Positions 44,701-54,500 of a stretch of DNA of 64,000 bases are shown piece after piece. A model generated the notes under the pieces. The model had not been told where the DNA came from and did not search any database. It worked only from the letters and a program-made list of their open reading frames with translations. The DNA is taken from IMG/VR virus record IMGVR_UViG_3300020193_000005, positions 1 to 64,000 of that record. The stretch is one strand, 5' to 3'. The stretch's first letter is position 1. Each line of letters opens with the position of its first letter. Position numbers and translations under genes: made by a program. The DNA comes from a virus.

Positions 44701-47700
44701 TTGGATAGCCCCGATCACCCCGGAAGTGACCGACCTGATAAACGCGTCTTTCGCGCAAAAACGAGCGTCCGCGGATGAAGCTTTGGCAAAAAAGAATTGG
44801 GGCAAATACATATACCTGCACGAACGCCCCTACCGTATCGACGCCTTCGAGGACGTCATGGACGAGATGACGGATCAGGAGTACTGGAGCCGACTCTCGG
44901 ACATATGGGTGGACAGCGAGAACATCGGGGCGCAACCGAGTCGCTGGAGAGAGCTGCTACTAAGCGACCGCGGTTCGCGCGAGTCCTTCATGAACGAGAA
45001 CGAACGCGCGGAACTGGCGAAATTGCCGCAAAAGTTCACCGTATACCGCGGTTATTCGGAAAACGATCAGGAAGAATTCGGGATGTCGTGGAGCACCGAC
45101 GCGGAAGTGGCGGAATGGTTCGCCAGAAGATTCGCCAGAGACGACGAAAAGATCATCATGGAGAGCTTGGAGATCTCCAAGGACGAAGTCTTCGCTTACG
45201 TCACGCGACGTGGCGAGGACGAAATAATACTGGACATACGCAACGTCGTGGAGAGAACGGCGAAGAAACAACAGTTGCCACGGAAACCAAAGACGAGAAT
45301 ACCCTCCAAAAATAGGAACCTGACTCCCCCCGGCGACAGCGGAGCGATGAGTTCGCTAAGCAAGGAACAGATCGACGAAATGACGCAAAGATACAAAGAC
45401 GGAGATTCCGTTCTGGAGTTGGCTAACGATTACTCAGTAACCCAGGGCACCGTCTACTATCACCTGAGAAGAAAAGGCGTCGCCAGAAGGCCGGTCGGAA
45501 GGCGGAAAAAGCCCGGGGGATTTTCTGCCATAAAACGAAGATTGAAGGATTCCCTGGGACAAATCGGACTATTCGCCGCCTTCTCCAACGATCCGCAAAA
45601 AACTCTGAGATCTTCCAACCAAATGAAAACTTACTTGCTTTCCGAACCCGTCCGAACACCGGACGACCTACATCCGGACGAGTTCGCATTGCGTCCGAAT
45701 TTCGTTCGAGCCGCGATAGCCGCCGGATTGGGACTATTCAAGGCATTGAACCATAAAACCTTCAAAGTTCAGGGTCCGATAGCTAGGGAATTCACGGAAC
45801 TAATGGTCGGACCCAAGATGGTCAACGACGCCATCGGAACGACGTACCCGACGCTCCAGGAATTGGGGGAAATATTCGCGGCCAACGCAATCGTCAGGGC
45901 GCGAATCAGGTCTCTTTTCGGAATCAATGATCCGACCGCGCTCGCGTGGGCGATCCAATCGGGAGCTCCACTCCGCGAAGGCGGAGAGAGGATATTCGAC
46001 ATACCCGAATCGCCTCCGTACACAAGAAACCTGGTGGGGGGTGGCTATGTCTATTTCGAGGGAATCGACAATAGAAGACCGTTCGTTCTATCGGTCATGG
46101 CGAATATGCCCGAAGCGGTGAGGAGCAAGTTGTACTGGGATAGTGACAAGATTCCGTGGAGCAAGAGAGACGTGCCCATAACTGTGGAGAAGGGGGAACT
46201 ACCAGGCGGTAGGAAATACGAACGATCGCCCGTGGACGAAGTTTTACCGCTTTTTGTTCCCGGTCACGATACGAGTCGATTGGATTTAATCAAGACGAAT
46301 CACTCTTCGCCGGACGGAGCGAGGCTGGCCCAATACGTGGAAATGGCGAAGGAAGAAATACGACAGTGGGCGGCGGATCACGACGAATGGGCCAGGAGAT
46401 GGGCACAAAGCGTATATCGAATCATGAGCGAAGCTGGTCTGAGCGACGACGAAATAGCGGAAGTGATAAACAGGGACTGGTTGCAAAACATAACTTTCGG
46501 AATCGGAGATGCGGGAGACATATTGCAAAACGCCATGTTTATGGCACTCCTTATGACGAGATCCAAGTTCGCCCCGGTGGTGCATCTAGAAAACGGATTT
46601 GACGATCCGAATTTGGCTCTTCATGAGTTCTTTCACGTCCACCTCGGTCAAGGCTTCACGAGACACGGCGAGTACGTCGCCTTCAGGGGACCCGCGGAAG
46701 TTTACGACTCCTGGTATCCCCACACGCTATTCGCCTTAACCTTCAACAGCGCTTTTTGGCAAAACGTAGTGAAAGAGTCGGGAGGAACGGAAGAGCTCAG
46801 GAAAGAAATGCGAAAAGCCGTCGAAAAAATGCTCGCCCCGGAGTACGACTCGGACGTTCGTCTTCTTTTTGAGCTTTTCCCGGAATATCAGCGCGCCTCG
46901 GCGGAAATCAGAAAGAAACTCAACGAAATGATCATGGCGGAAATAATTGAGGACTTCGAAGACTCCACGGGATTCAGGAGGGTAGCGGGAATGCCCAGAG
47001 CAACCGAAATAATAAATGCTCCTGGTTTCAGGATTCCCAAAAGACTATGGCCGTGGGGTTCCAGCTACGGAGGCAAGGAAAGAATCGCCGACGTCCAGGG
47101 TAAAACATACGCGAAGTTCGAGGAGAGAATTTTCGGGGTTCCGGATCCGACGTCCGGCGACGGCGGGAATACGGGGAAAATGTCGCTGGAAAGAACTCCG
47201 AAATTCGACGGCGGTCACAGTAGTAGGGGAAGGGGAACTCCGTTGGGTGACGGAAAGGACGTCGCAATGAGGGAGGTCGCCGACAGCGCGATCGTCGAGC
47301 TGGTCGGCAACCGAGGAAGTAGCTCGCTCACGACCCTAAGATTTCTCGGACCCTATAGGGCTGGAAGCAGGGTCGTGATGCTTGCGAGGAACGGCGAGTT
47401 ACGTGGCGTGCCGTTGAAGAACGAAACCAGATCGGCGATAGCCAACGCCCAGAGGAACGGAGCGAGATTCGTCGTGGGGGACATGCCCGACGTGGATTCT
47501 CAGTTCGTGGACTTTTTGGAGGAGATCGGAGCCGACTACACGATTTATCACGCCGGAAACTCCCCGAGATTCCGTCCCGGATCGAAAATCCCCGGGACGA
47601 ACGCGGGAACATTGTCCGAGACGAGAGCCGGCGAATCGGATTCTCCGAGTAGGTTGGAGACGATCGGAAGAAACTTGGCCACGGCGGCCGCCGAAGTGGT

Positions 47701-48271
47701 CGCCGCCGGTTTCGAAGTCAAGGTGTACGGAGGGCGATCCGACTCCCAGTCTGGCTCGAATCCGATCGGCGGGATGCTCTCCGCCCTGAACAAAATGAGG
47801 GAAAACCCCGATGCTCCTACGGGAAGAAAATTGGCGGGGTTGACGATGATGATGAGCGCTATGGAAAAATACCTGACGGATTCAACGAACCAACGCCTAG
47901 TCGTCGTCTCGAGGGGAGATCGGGTCGTCGGGGCGTCGTTGATCAAATTCCCGGAAAAGGACTCCGTGGCCGAACTCAGATACGCCGGTTCGTTGTCTCC
48001 CGTGAGGGGGGTCGGTAGCGCCATGGTCGCCGAAATCATGAGGCTCGCGGCGGACTCGGGCAGATCCATAATCGGAACTTCGTCTCAAGATTCGGTATCC
48101 TTTTGGAGAGGGGTCGGCGGGAAAGACGCCGATTGGGACGGTCCATATCGCGGAAATACGATATTTGAAATCGACGACGTGAGAAAGGTCGTCGCCGCGA
48201 TAGACGCCCGTCGCAAGGAATTGAGAGCCCAAAAACTACTAGGCACGACCGACGGGGGGAACCCTAGATGA
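41729..48271 (+). CDS. Giant polyvalent protein (2180 aa): tag, OGFr/DUF1810-like, 6x HTH, DUF4314, ART-like, HExxH, SLOG-like, GNAT
   Basis: AGGAG SD plus GTG; 7 DSGAM-type linkers; motifs detailed in findings. Confidence 0.85.
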   Translation: MIGEENNDRKENPRSRVYLPFGFRKKSIPNPYTARDADLDRLVLEGIPTVNLGRGIPDPTPFGADSGLMRSQSRRRLARTIGRLIPKNRSDSGAMADEKKPTTPSRNETPYGGDQTIIEQVVSEARFQKDLASRGEWKEIHYDHYDWWAYPIDRGSAQYGDFYNVAGEPVKRLRNNMDFIKALTDTILVQTRALGYNLYEKTWMQDPEWEKGQDWGLAYPTRIWKMTRSAQIFGLEEEFESLINMQKVLQESGIRFNHRKYWESPGTVDDVPPIESYDEPKTYFRDYSLGAKPRTPYGEGGGSSPYYPTEYDEWEAGIDTEPRVGELEPDDFESAVAGAFELADLLREKSEIGDLEYPYHHISPDRREDIADTIDFALTLIPIVDGDGFDTDRKETADALEKFVVGDDLYRDDSELLDELILQLRDSTYDGFFSFDEDSGRMSVEPKMNRFNDRVTTLYNEGKTREEIAKELDLSVRQVDYLLNKLFAGGLAKSRHTQREKTEELIERVVTMHNEGKRTTEIAEELGLTNNRVQRYQYIARRRGLLTTPRKRTTAETDELMNEAARLYNEGKPRMDIAKEMNLPGEKIGTLLQRANERKLIRDYNPQGLGKFGKTTLTPEKISAAADGYRQGKTFAQIAEELAVTETAARKLVVQARRLGLDTGSPRRRTPSQMEELLLEVAVRYEEGKTFAEIGQELDVTPSAIRDMVDRAVTLGLIRRRERTRSDTDELMNQVMAKRKEGKTRREIAQELNVPENRVAYLVQRARLMKASESTSTDGFDGETGRMSREPERGDLVRFGRSSNNRYVDEPGSLGRVVKVARDGTISADFGNGPIKLIPGEDDFLVIPRQVDALYELTDNDGNVMYLPVEDVTYPKITRAMEEAMKAGYRETGIIRGNMRTFFDEATGTFKTSRIESRILNAENIAPETTAPVPPQPGYPEFTRIVGTDRARGGGVDSGAMELPDGIDEELEDYVYDDPLFGPSIKHPLFFWIAPITPEVTDLINASFAQKRASADEALAKKNWGKYIYLHERPYRIDAFEDVMDEMTDQEYWSRLSDIWVDSENIGAQPSRWRELLLSDRGSRESFMNENERAELAKLPQKFTVYRGYSENDQEEFGMSWSTDAEVAEWFARRFARDDEKIIMESLEISKDEVFAYVTRRGEDEIILDIRNVVERTAKKQQLPRKPKTRIPSKNRNLTPPGDSGAMSSLSKEQIDEMTQRYKDGDSVLELANDYSVTQGTVYYHLRRKGVARRPVGRRKKPGGFSAIKRRLKDSLGQIGLFAAFSNDPQKTLRSSNQMKTYLLSEPVRTPDDLHPDEFALRPNFVRAAIAAGLGLFKALNHKTFKVQGPIAREFTELMVGPKMVNDAIGTTYPTLQELGEIFAANAIVRARIRSLFGINDPTALAWAIQSGAPLREGGERIFDIPESPPYTRNLVGGGYVYFEGIDNRRPFVLSVMANMPEAVRSKLYWDSDKIPWSKRDVPITVEKGELPGGRKYERSPVDEVLPLFVPGHDTSRLDLIKTNHSSPDGARLAQYVEMAKEEIRQWAADHDEWARRWAQSVYRIMSEAGLSDDEIAEVINRDWLQNITFGIGDAGDILQNAMFMALLMTRSKFAPVVHLENGFDDPNLALHEFFHVHLGQGFTRHGEYVAFRGPAEVYDSWYPHTLFALTFNSAFWQNVVKESGGTEELRKEMRKAVEKMLAPEYDSDVRLLFELFPEYQRASAEIRKKLNEMIMAEIIEDFEDSTGFRRVAGMPRATEIINAPGFRIPKRLWPWGSSYGGKERIADVQGKTYAKFEERIFGVPDPTSGDGGNTGKMSLERTPKFDGGHSSRGRGTPLGDGKDVAMREVADSAIVELVGNRGSSSLTTLRFLGPYRAGSRVVMLARNGELRGVPLKNETRSAIANAQRNGARFVVGDMPDVDSQFVDFLEEIGADYTIYHAGNSPRFRPGSKIPGTNAGTLSETRAGESDSPSRLETIGRNLATAAAEVVAAGFEVKVYGGRSDSQSGSNPIGGMLSALNKMRENPDAPTGRKLAGLTMMMSAMEKYLTDSTNQRLVVVSRGDRVVGASLIKFPEKDSVAELRYAGSLSPVRGVGSAMVAEIMRLAADSGRSIIGTSSQDSVSFWRGVGGKDADWDGPYRGNTIFEIDDVRKVVAAIDARRKELRAQKLLGTTDGGNPR
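41813..41917 (+). repeat. 35-aa shared tag, copy 2
   Basis: PNPYTARDADLDRLVLEGIPTVNLGRGIPDPTPFG. Confidence 0.95.
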
Positions 48272-48516
48272 AATCAGACGACAAGAAAATTGGACAACTT
48301 CCGTCCCTGGAATGGTTGGACGAGGCGGCCGACGGAGCGGATGTTCCGATCGTGAAGGTAGTTCCGGATCCCAGGCACAGGGAGGCCGCCCTAAGGGAGG
48401 CTTATGCGTTGCTCGGCGAGATGAAACCCTACTTTGAGGCGGTTCGGGAGGATTTTTTGTCCGAGTCCAATGCCGTCGGCAAGATGATCAAAGATCGTAA
48501 ATATTCGGTTAGCTAA
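48268..48516 (+). CDS. Hypothetical protein (82 aa)
   Basis: ATGA overlap with the upstream giant gene. Confidence 0.65.
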   Translation: MKSDDKKIGQLPSLEWLDEAADGADVPIVKVVPDPRHREAALREAYALLGEMKPYFEAVREDFLSESNAVGKMIKDRKYSVS

Positions 48517-48586
48517 GTTGATTATGTCTATAATTGTTGAAGTAGATCGCCAGAACCTCCCCCGCCAAGCAGAGGAACGACGCTAA

Positions 48587-51500
48587 ATGTCGCCGATATT
48601 CGAGAACATACCACCCAACTCAAAGGTGATAGCCAAGCACGGGTCGAAGGTCCTTTTCGGTCTTAGGAACGGGTCAACCGCCTTATACGATTCGAAAAGC
48701 GGATCCTTCAGGCGAGGGGACGACGCGGATTTGATGGCCATGGACGACTTTTCGTCGTCGCACAACGGCGAATGGGCGGACGACAGATTGAGGAGATTCG
48801 CCGCTTCTCGAAAAACCCTGAACCTGGGCTCCGATATTTCCTTCAAGGTGGTTCAAAAGCCTAGAAAAAGTTCCTCCCGAGACGACGTCGCACAACCACA
48901 AGACCTGGCCAACATGCTCCCCAGGGAGTTCGTCAACTGGGCCAGATCGTACGTTCCCGGGCAACGTTTACCGATCTCTCCCCCGGGTTACAGCGGAACC
49001 GATTCGTGTCTGGGTCAGAACGCCGGCGGTCGATCCTCCGCAAAAATGCCGAACGCCGACGAGTTGACTTCGATGATTCTGAGAACTTACGGTTTTCCGC
49101 AAACGGCGCCGGTCGACGCCACGAAGGAAATGCGCTCCGCTTACGAAAAGGGTCTCCTGGGCAGAACGATTAGGGAAATGGCGACCCCGAACATTCTCTC
49201 GATGGTCGCCGCGGCCAGGGGATTATGGGTTGACAGGTTGAACAAGATTCGCTGTTTGGGCGGACCCGCGGCGAACAGATTCACGAATATCTTCGGGGTC
49301 GGTTGCGACATTCCGTCGTCCCCGGCGGAATTGGCGCGCGACGCGGCTTCCGCGGCGAGAGAAGCGGCCGGAGACGCCTCTCGCGCCGTCGGCGAGGCAA
49401 TGGAGAGAGTCGGAGAAGCGCGAGCCGGAGTGGGAATAGCCAAAGAAAGAGTCGGCGAGACGATAGAAGCGACCGACGAGATTCCGGGCGATCTCTCCGT
49501 GACCAGAATGATCGGAGAGCTCCGACAGTCCGAACAAACGTTATTCGATACCGATACGGGACAAATGACCAGGCGCGCAGGGGGAAACCAACCGCTCCTC
49601 ATCAACTCGGCGAACGCGGTCGCCGATGAGACGAACAAGAAAGCCACGCGTCGCGTGCTTATTCACGAGGGCGCCCGCAGATGGATAAATTCCTGGGTCG
49701 AAAGACAAAAGGGCGAAGATCCGTCCAACCCCCTCGGCGTTATCAGATCGGCCATACGCAGACGCAGGAGTCGTCAACAGGCGACGACCACGGGAGCGCT
49801 GACGCCACAGCAGCTCAACGAGCAGGAAGTGAAGTTGTACGCACAGGGAGTGATTGAACTCATCAGACTAACGGATCCGGAGCTGGCGGACGAATTGAGC
49901 GAACCAAGCCATCTTTTGAACGACATCAACGATCCGGTCGCAGTGCGTAACGCAGGTAACCAAAATAGCAAAAACGTAATAGAAATGATGCTGACCGACG
50001 CCCTCGGCCCAGACGCCGGAAGGGACAGAGCGAAGCTACAGCGCTACGCGGCGAATTTATTCGCCATCTATCAGCCGTACATCGAAGATAGGCAAAATCA
50101 TCCCGAATTGAAACAAACTCCCGTCAACTTTGCGCCGCAGAAAAATTTGTGGGAAACATCGAACGTCGTAGCTTTCTTTACGGTTCCGGGTTTCGGCGGA
50201 GGCAGAAATCAGCCTCTTAGCAACTACGTCGCCCCAACGCCGACGAATCCAGGATATGCGGGTTCTGGGATGCTTGACCTTTTGGACAGGGGAGAGTTTC
50301 CCTTATTCGGAATGGGTTATCCGGGCAACAACGTCGTCGAGGCGGTAACGAGGAGCGGCGTAACCCCGCTGGACGGATACAAGCACACCACGGATTCGTT
50401 CTACAACAAAGTGGTCAAAAATATTGGATCAGGAAACGCTCCGTTTCACGGCGTGTACCTTTTTGACTCGAGACTCATAACCGAGCCCGAAAGTTTGATG
50501 CGACTATTCGATTCCCCGGACGGACATTTGCCCGTTTCGGGTTTGTCGCCGGCGGCGGTCCTCCAGCACACCTTGGAACACGAACCCAAACACTTGGTCG
50601 CGTTTTCGCAGAGGTTGAGATCGAATCTCGGATACACGGAAGCCGAATGGGCGGAAAGACTCGGAAGACAGTTCAAACTCGGGGGATCGGGATTGGAGGA
50701 CTCGAGGTTCGGCGATCCCATTCTGGGAGAGAATCCGGATCACGTTTACGGACCGATAGATCTTTTTAGGGACGCTAGGAGCGGGACTTTCATTCGTAGG
50801 CAGGTGGACGAACTGATGATAGCGCTACGACATCCGGACTACGAGGGGGTGGTTTTGCCCGACGGCCTGCGGGGGTGGAAAAGTACGGATCCGGTCCTCA
50901 ACGGAGCTCAAAAAATTGCGCTTCTATGGAAATTTTACGCCAACAACATATCCTGGGATCGCACTACGGCCCAAAACGTCCAGAACTTATACGCGTTGAA
51001 AGCCGGCAAGCAAGCGGCGGCGCAACTCGTTGCGGAAATAGACGAATCGCTCAAGAGACGCGGGTTCGACGACGGCGTTCGGCGAATACTCCAGCAAGCG
51101 ATCAGAGAAGATTTGATGTATTACGAAGACGGTCCCCTTGACCGAAGACGGATACTCGGTAGTTCCAGCGAAGACGCGTTGCATCAATCAATAAACGAAG
51201 CCGCCATCGACGCCGAGATAGCCCAACGAATCAGCGCGGGAACGCCCAATCCCGACAGAGATCAGGTAATAAACGATTTGATAGCGCAAGGAAGGGTGAT
51301 TCCGCTCGGCAGTCGACCGGATCCCGGTCGACCAGTAACGGGGCCACTGTCGCAACACAATCGACTTTCGGGACAGAACAGGTTGACGGAAAAGCAAATA
51401 GTGCTGGCGCAGAATTTCGTCGGCGACGCCTACGCCATGTCCTCGGCGATCGAGTTGGACGCCGAATTCAACACGGCCATTGCGCAACCCGATGCCCCGG

Positions 51501-54500
51501 AAAGAGTAAAACAATTTATCGCCGCTTACAGAGCAGTCGACCCGAACTTTACCGATAACGATTTTTACGACATCATAGAATTGATGGCCGGAAGAGAAGC
51601 CAGATACAGGTTGCAACATCCGAATCGGCCGAGTCCACCTCGGGCATCGGCCGCGCCGAATAGAAATTTGATCGGTGCGCCACCCGCTCAAGCGCGACAG
51701 GCATCCCCGCCCCAGGCACCCCCTGCGCTGGGCGGAGGATTGGGTCCGGGCGGAACTCCGCCGCCACCCGGTGGTGGTGGTGGTGGTGGTGGTGGTGGTG
51801 GTGGTGGTGTTACGCCGTCGCCTGGAGGAGGCACGCCGTCGCCTGGTACGCCGTCGCCTGGTACGCCGTCGCCCGGAGGAGGCACGCCGTCGCCTGGTAC
51901 GCCGTCGCCTGGGGGCGGTACGCCGTCGCCTGGTACGCCCGCCAAAAAACCTCGCAAAAAAAGAACGCCGAAACCCAAGCCGGGCGCGCAAACTCCCCCC
52001 GCTTCGCCGACACCTGGCGGGCAAACTCCCCCCGCTTCGCCGACACCTGGCGGGCAAACTCCCCCCGCTTCGCCGACACCTGGCGCTACGCCGGCGACCC
52101 CTAATCAGTCGCCGCTGCCTCAAGGCGGATCACCCGTTCCGAGACCCAGACCCACGACTCAACGCCCGCCGCAGGCGAAGAGAACCGGTCCGAAACCTTC
52201 CTCAAAGGCGGATACAACTACGGTGCAGAAAGCCGGAGCCTTGTCTGCCGATATAGTACAAACGATAGCGGTCGGCGACCCGAACGATTCGCAGTGGTTG
52301 CAGAAATCTCTCGACTCGTTGGACTCCGACGATCAAGCCGCCTCGGATCATAGGGCAAGGGCCGTTCAGAAAGTCGATCGAGCGTTGGACGATGTTGTCG
52401 CGTGGGCGAACGGTCGGCTGCTGCCGAAACCGGTCGGAATCCATCCCCATTACCCCATACAAATAGTTGCCGGTCCGGACGACAACCCGGCCGTGCGAGA
52501 GCTTAGACAGTCGACCGGTCCAAAAGACTTGTTGGACAGAATGGATCGACTCGGATACATCGTTCTCGATACCGAAACGGCGGGTCCCGACCTCGAGATT
52601 CACGGCGGAGCAATATTCCATTTCTACGCCAAAAAAAGAAATCCGGACGGCACCGTCGAGGAGCTTGATCTCTACATCAAACCGACCGTCACTCCGGCGA
52701 TGCCAGTCGATCGCTATCCGGACGCTTTCGAAACCCTTCCCGACGGAACGAGGATAGCGCGACTCTCCGAGGAGTTGACGAGCGGTCCCCAAAAAATGCT
52801 CGACAGAGCCGAATACGACAGAGCCGTAAGCCAGGGAATCGACAGAACCGAAGCGGCGGCGAGAATAGCCGCGTTTTTGAATCCCGATATGCCGGTCGTG
52901 ACGATGAACGGAAACAACTTCGATCTTCCGTTGCTGGACGAAATGCTCGACGAAGGCAGGGCGGCCGGAACCGTCGACAACGACTTCGGGCTTATCGATC
53001 TAGCCAGCGTCGACTTGTTGGCGATAGGTCACAACCTTCTTCGGGGTCGCCACGAACGTCACGATAGAAATCGCAAAGTTGCCGACTTGGCGAGACGTCT
53101 ATATAACGGGGATAAGATCCCGAGCGGACCAGAACTAATCGGTCCGTGGATGACTTCCAAAATAGGATCTCCAAAAGGAAGCGTGGAAGGTTACAATCCC
53201 GCGACTGCGGATATAAAAGAATTTTGGTCGGAAGACGGAGTCAAACACTTCGTAGAAACCCTTCCGGACGGGACGAAAATCAAGGGCGAGGCCATGACGA
53301 TGCTCAAGACGAACAACAAATTGGACGCTCTCGCCAACTACGCGGGAGTCCGCGCCCGCGCGACGCACGACGCCAAGGTGGACGTGGGCAAAACCGAAGA
53401 AACGATGAGAGCACTTCTCGAGCAAGGCGAAATACAAGGAATGAGCAAATACGCCTTCGATCACGAGGCGGCCGCCAAGGCCCAGGAGGCGCTCGGAATG
53501 GGCCCACCGCAGGGAGGAACCCTAGACAGGAAACGTCCGGGAGACGTAAGAAAAGCCAAGGGGACGGCGCAGAGACTCGCCGGTGGTCCGGGAACGAGAT
53601 CGTCCCGGACGGACACCGATCTCGACTTGGAACAAGACGAAAGAGTCGACGCGTTCGCTCCGTGGCCGGATGCCGCCTCGCGGACGGGAATGTCGGCTAA
53701 CCCCAATCTCCAGGTCATCGAACCGCAAGACGGAATGACCTCCGCGGAGAAAAATGAAATGACTACGTTGCTGGAAAAGCTCGAGGGATTGGATCAAATC
53801 AAGCAAGTAAGAAAAGCGACGAACCTCACCCCGGAGGAGAGACAACGACTAAAAATTCTCCTGACCAAAGCCGCGGACGCCTACAAAAAAGCGAAAACTC
53901 GCATCAGTGATTCGCAAGGAGATTTGACCGATGACGAAGGAATCCGAGCTTGGTTGGCCCAACTTGCGAAAATGGAAAAATTCATGAAGGAAAATCCGGA
54001 TTTGTACAGCGAGGAGGCGATACAGCTGATGGTCGACGGCGTCATCAACGGGGCGGGAAACCTAACCCCGGAATCGCTCGTGGCGATGGAAAGACGCGTG
54101 AACGATTTGATTACGAAGCTCGGATATCAGGGAGAATTTTTTCAAGATATGGTCGCGGCTCATTTGTCCGTCGCGCTCGACAGGGCCGTGCGGGAAATGC
54201 GTCGCCGAAACCCGTCGCTTAGCGCGAACGAAATCCGCGAACTTCTAGGCATGGATCCCGACGATACTCCGTTGGTTGTGGCCATACTCGGCGACTCTGG
54301 GGCGATGCGATCGGCGCGAAGAATCGCCGGAACACGCAGAATCGACGATATCGCTCCAGACTCGGGGGCGATGCGATCGACGCCGGTAGTCGCCAGAAAC
54401 CCCGACTCCTCCAGAAAGACGGCGGAAAAGACGGCGTCGATCCTGGGGAGAGCCGAATCCGTCGGGGTGGATATCGACAGACAAGAAAGAGAAGTAGTCC

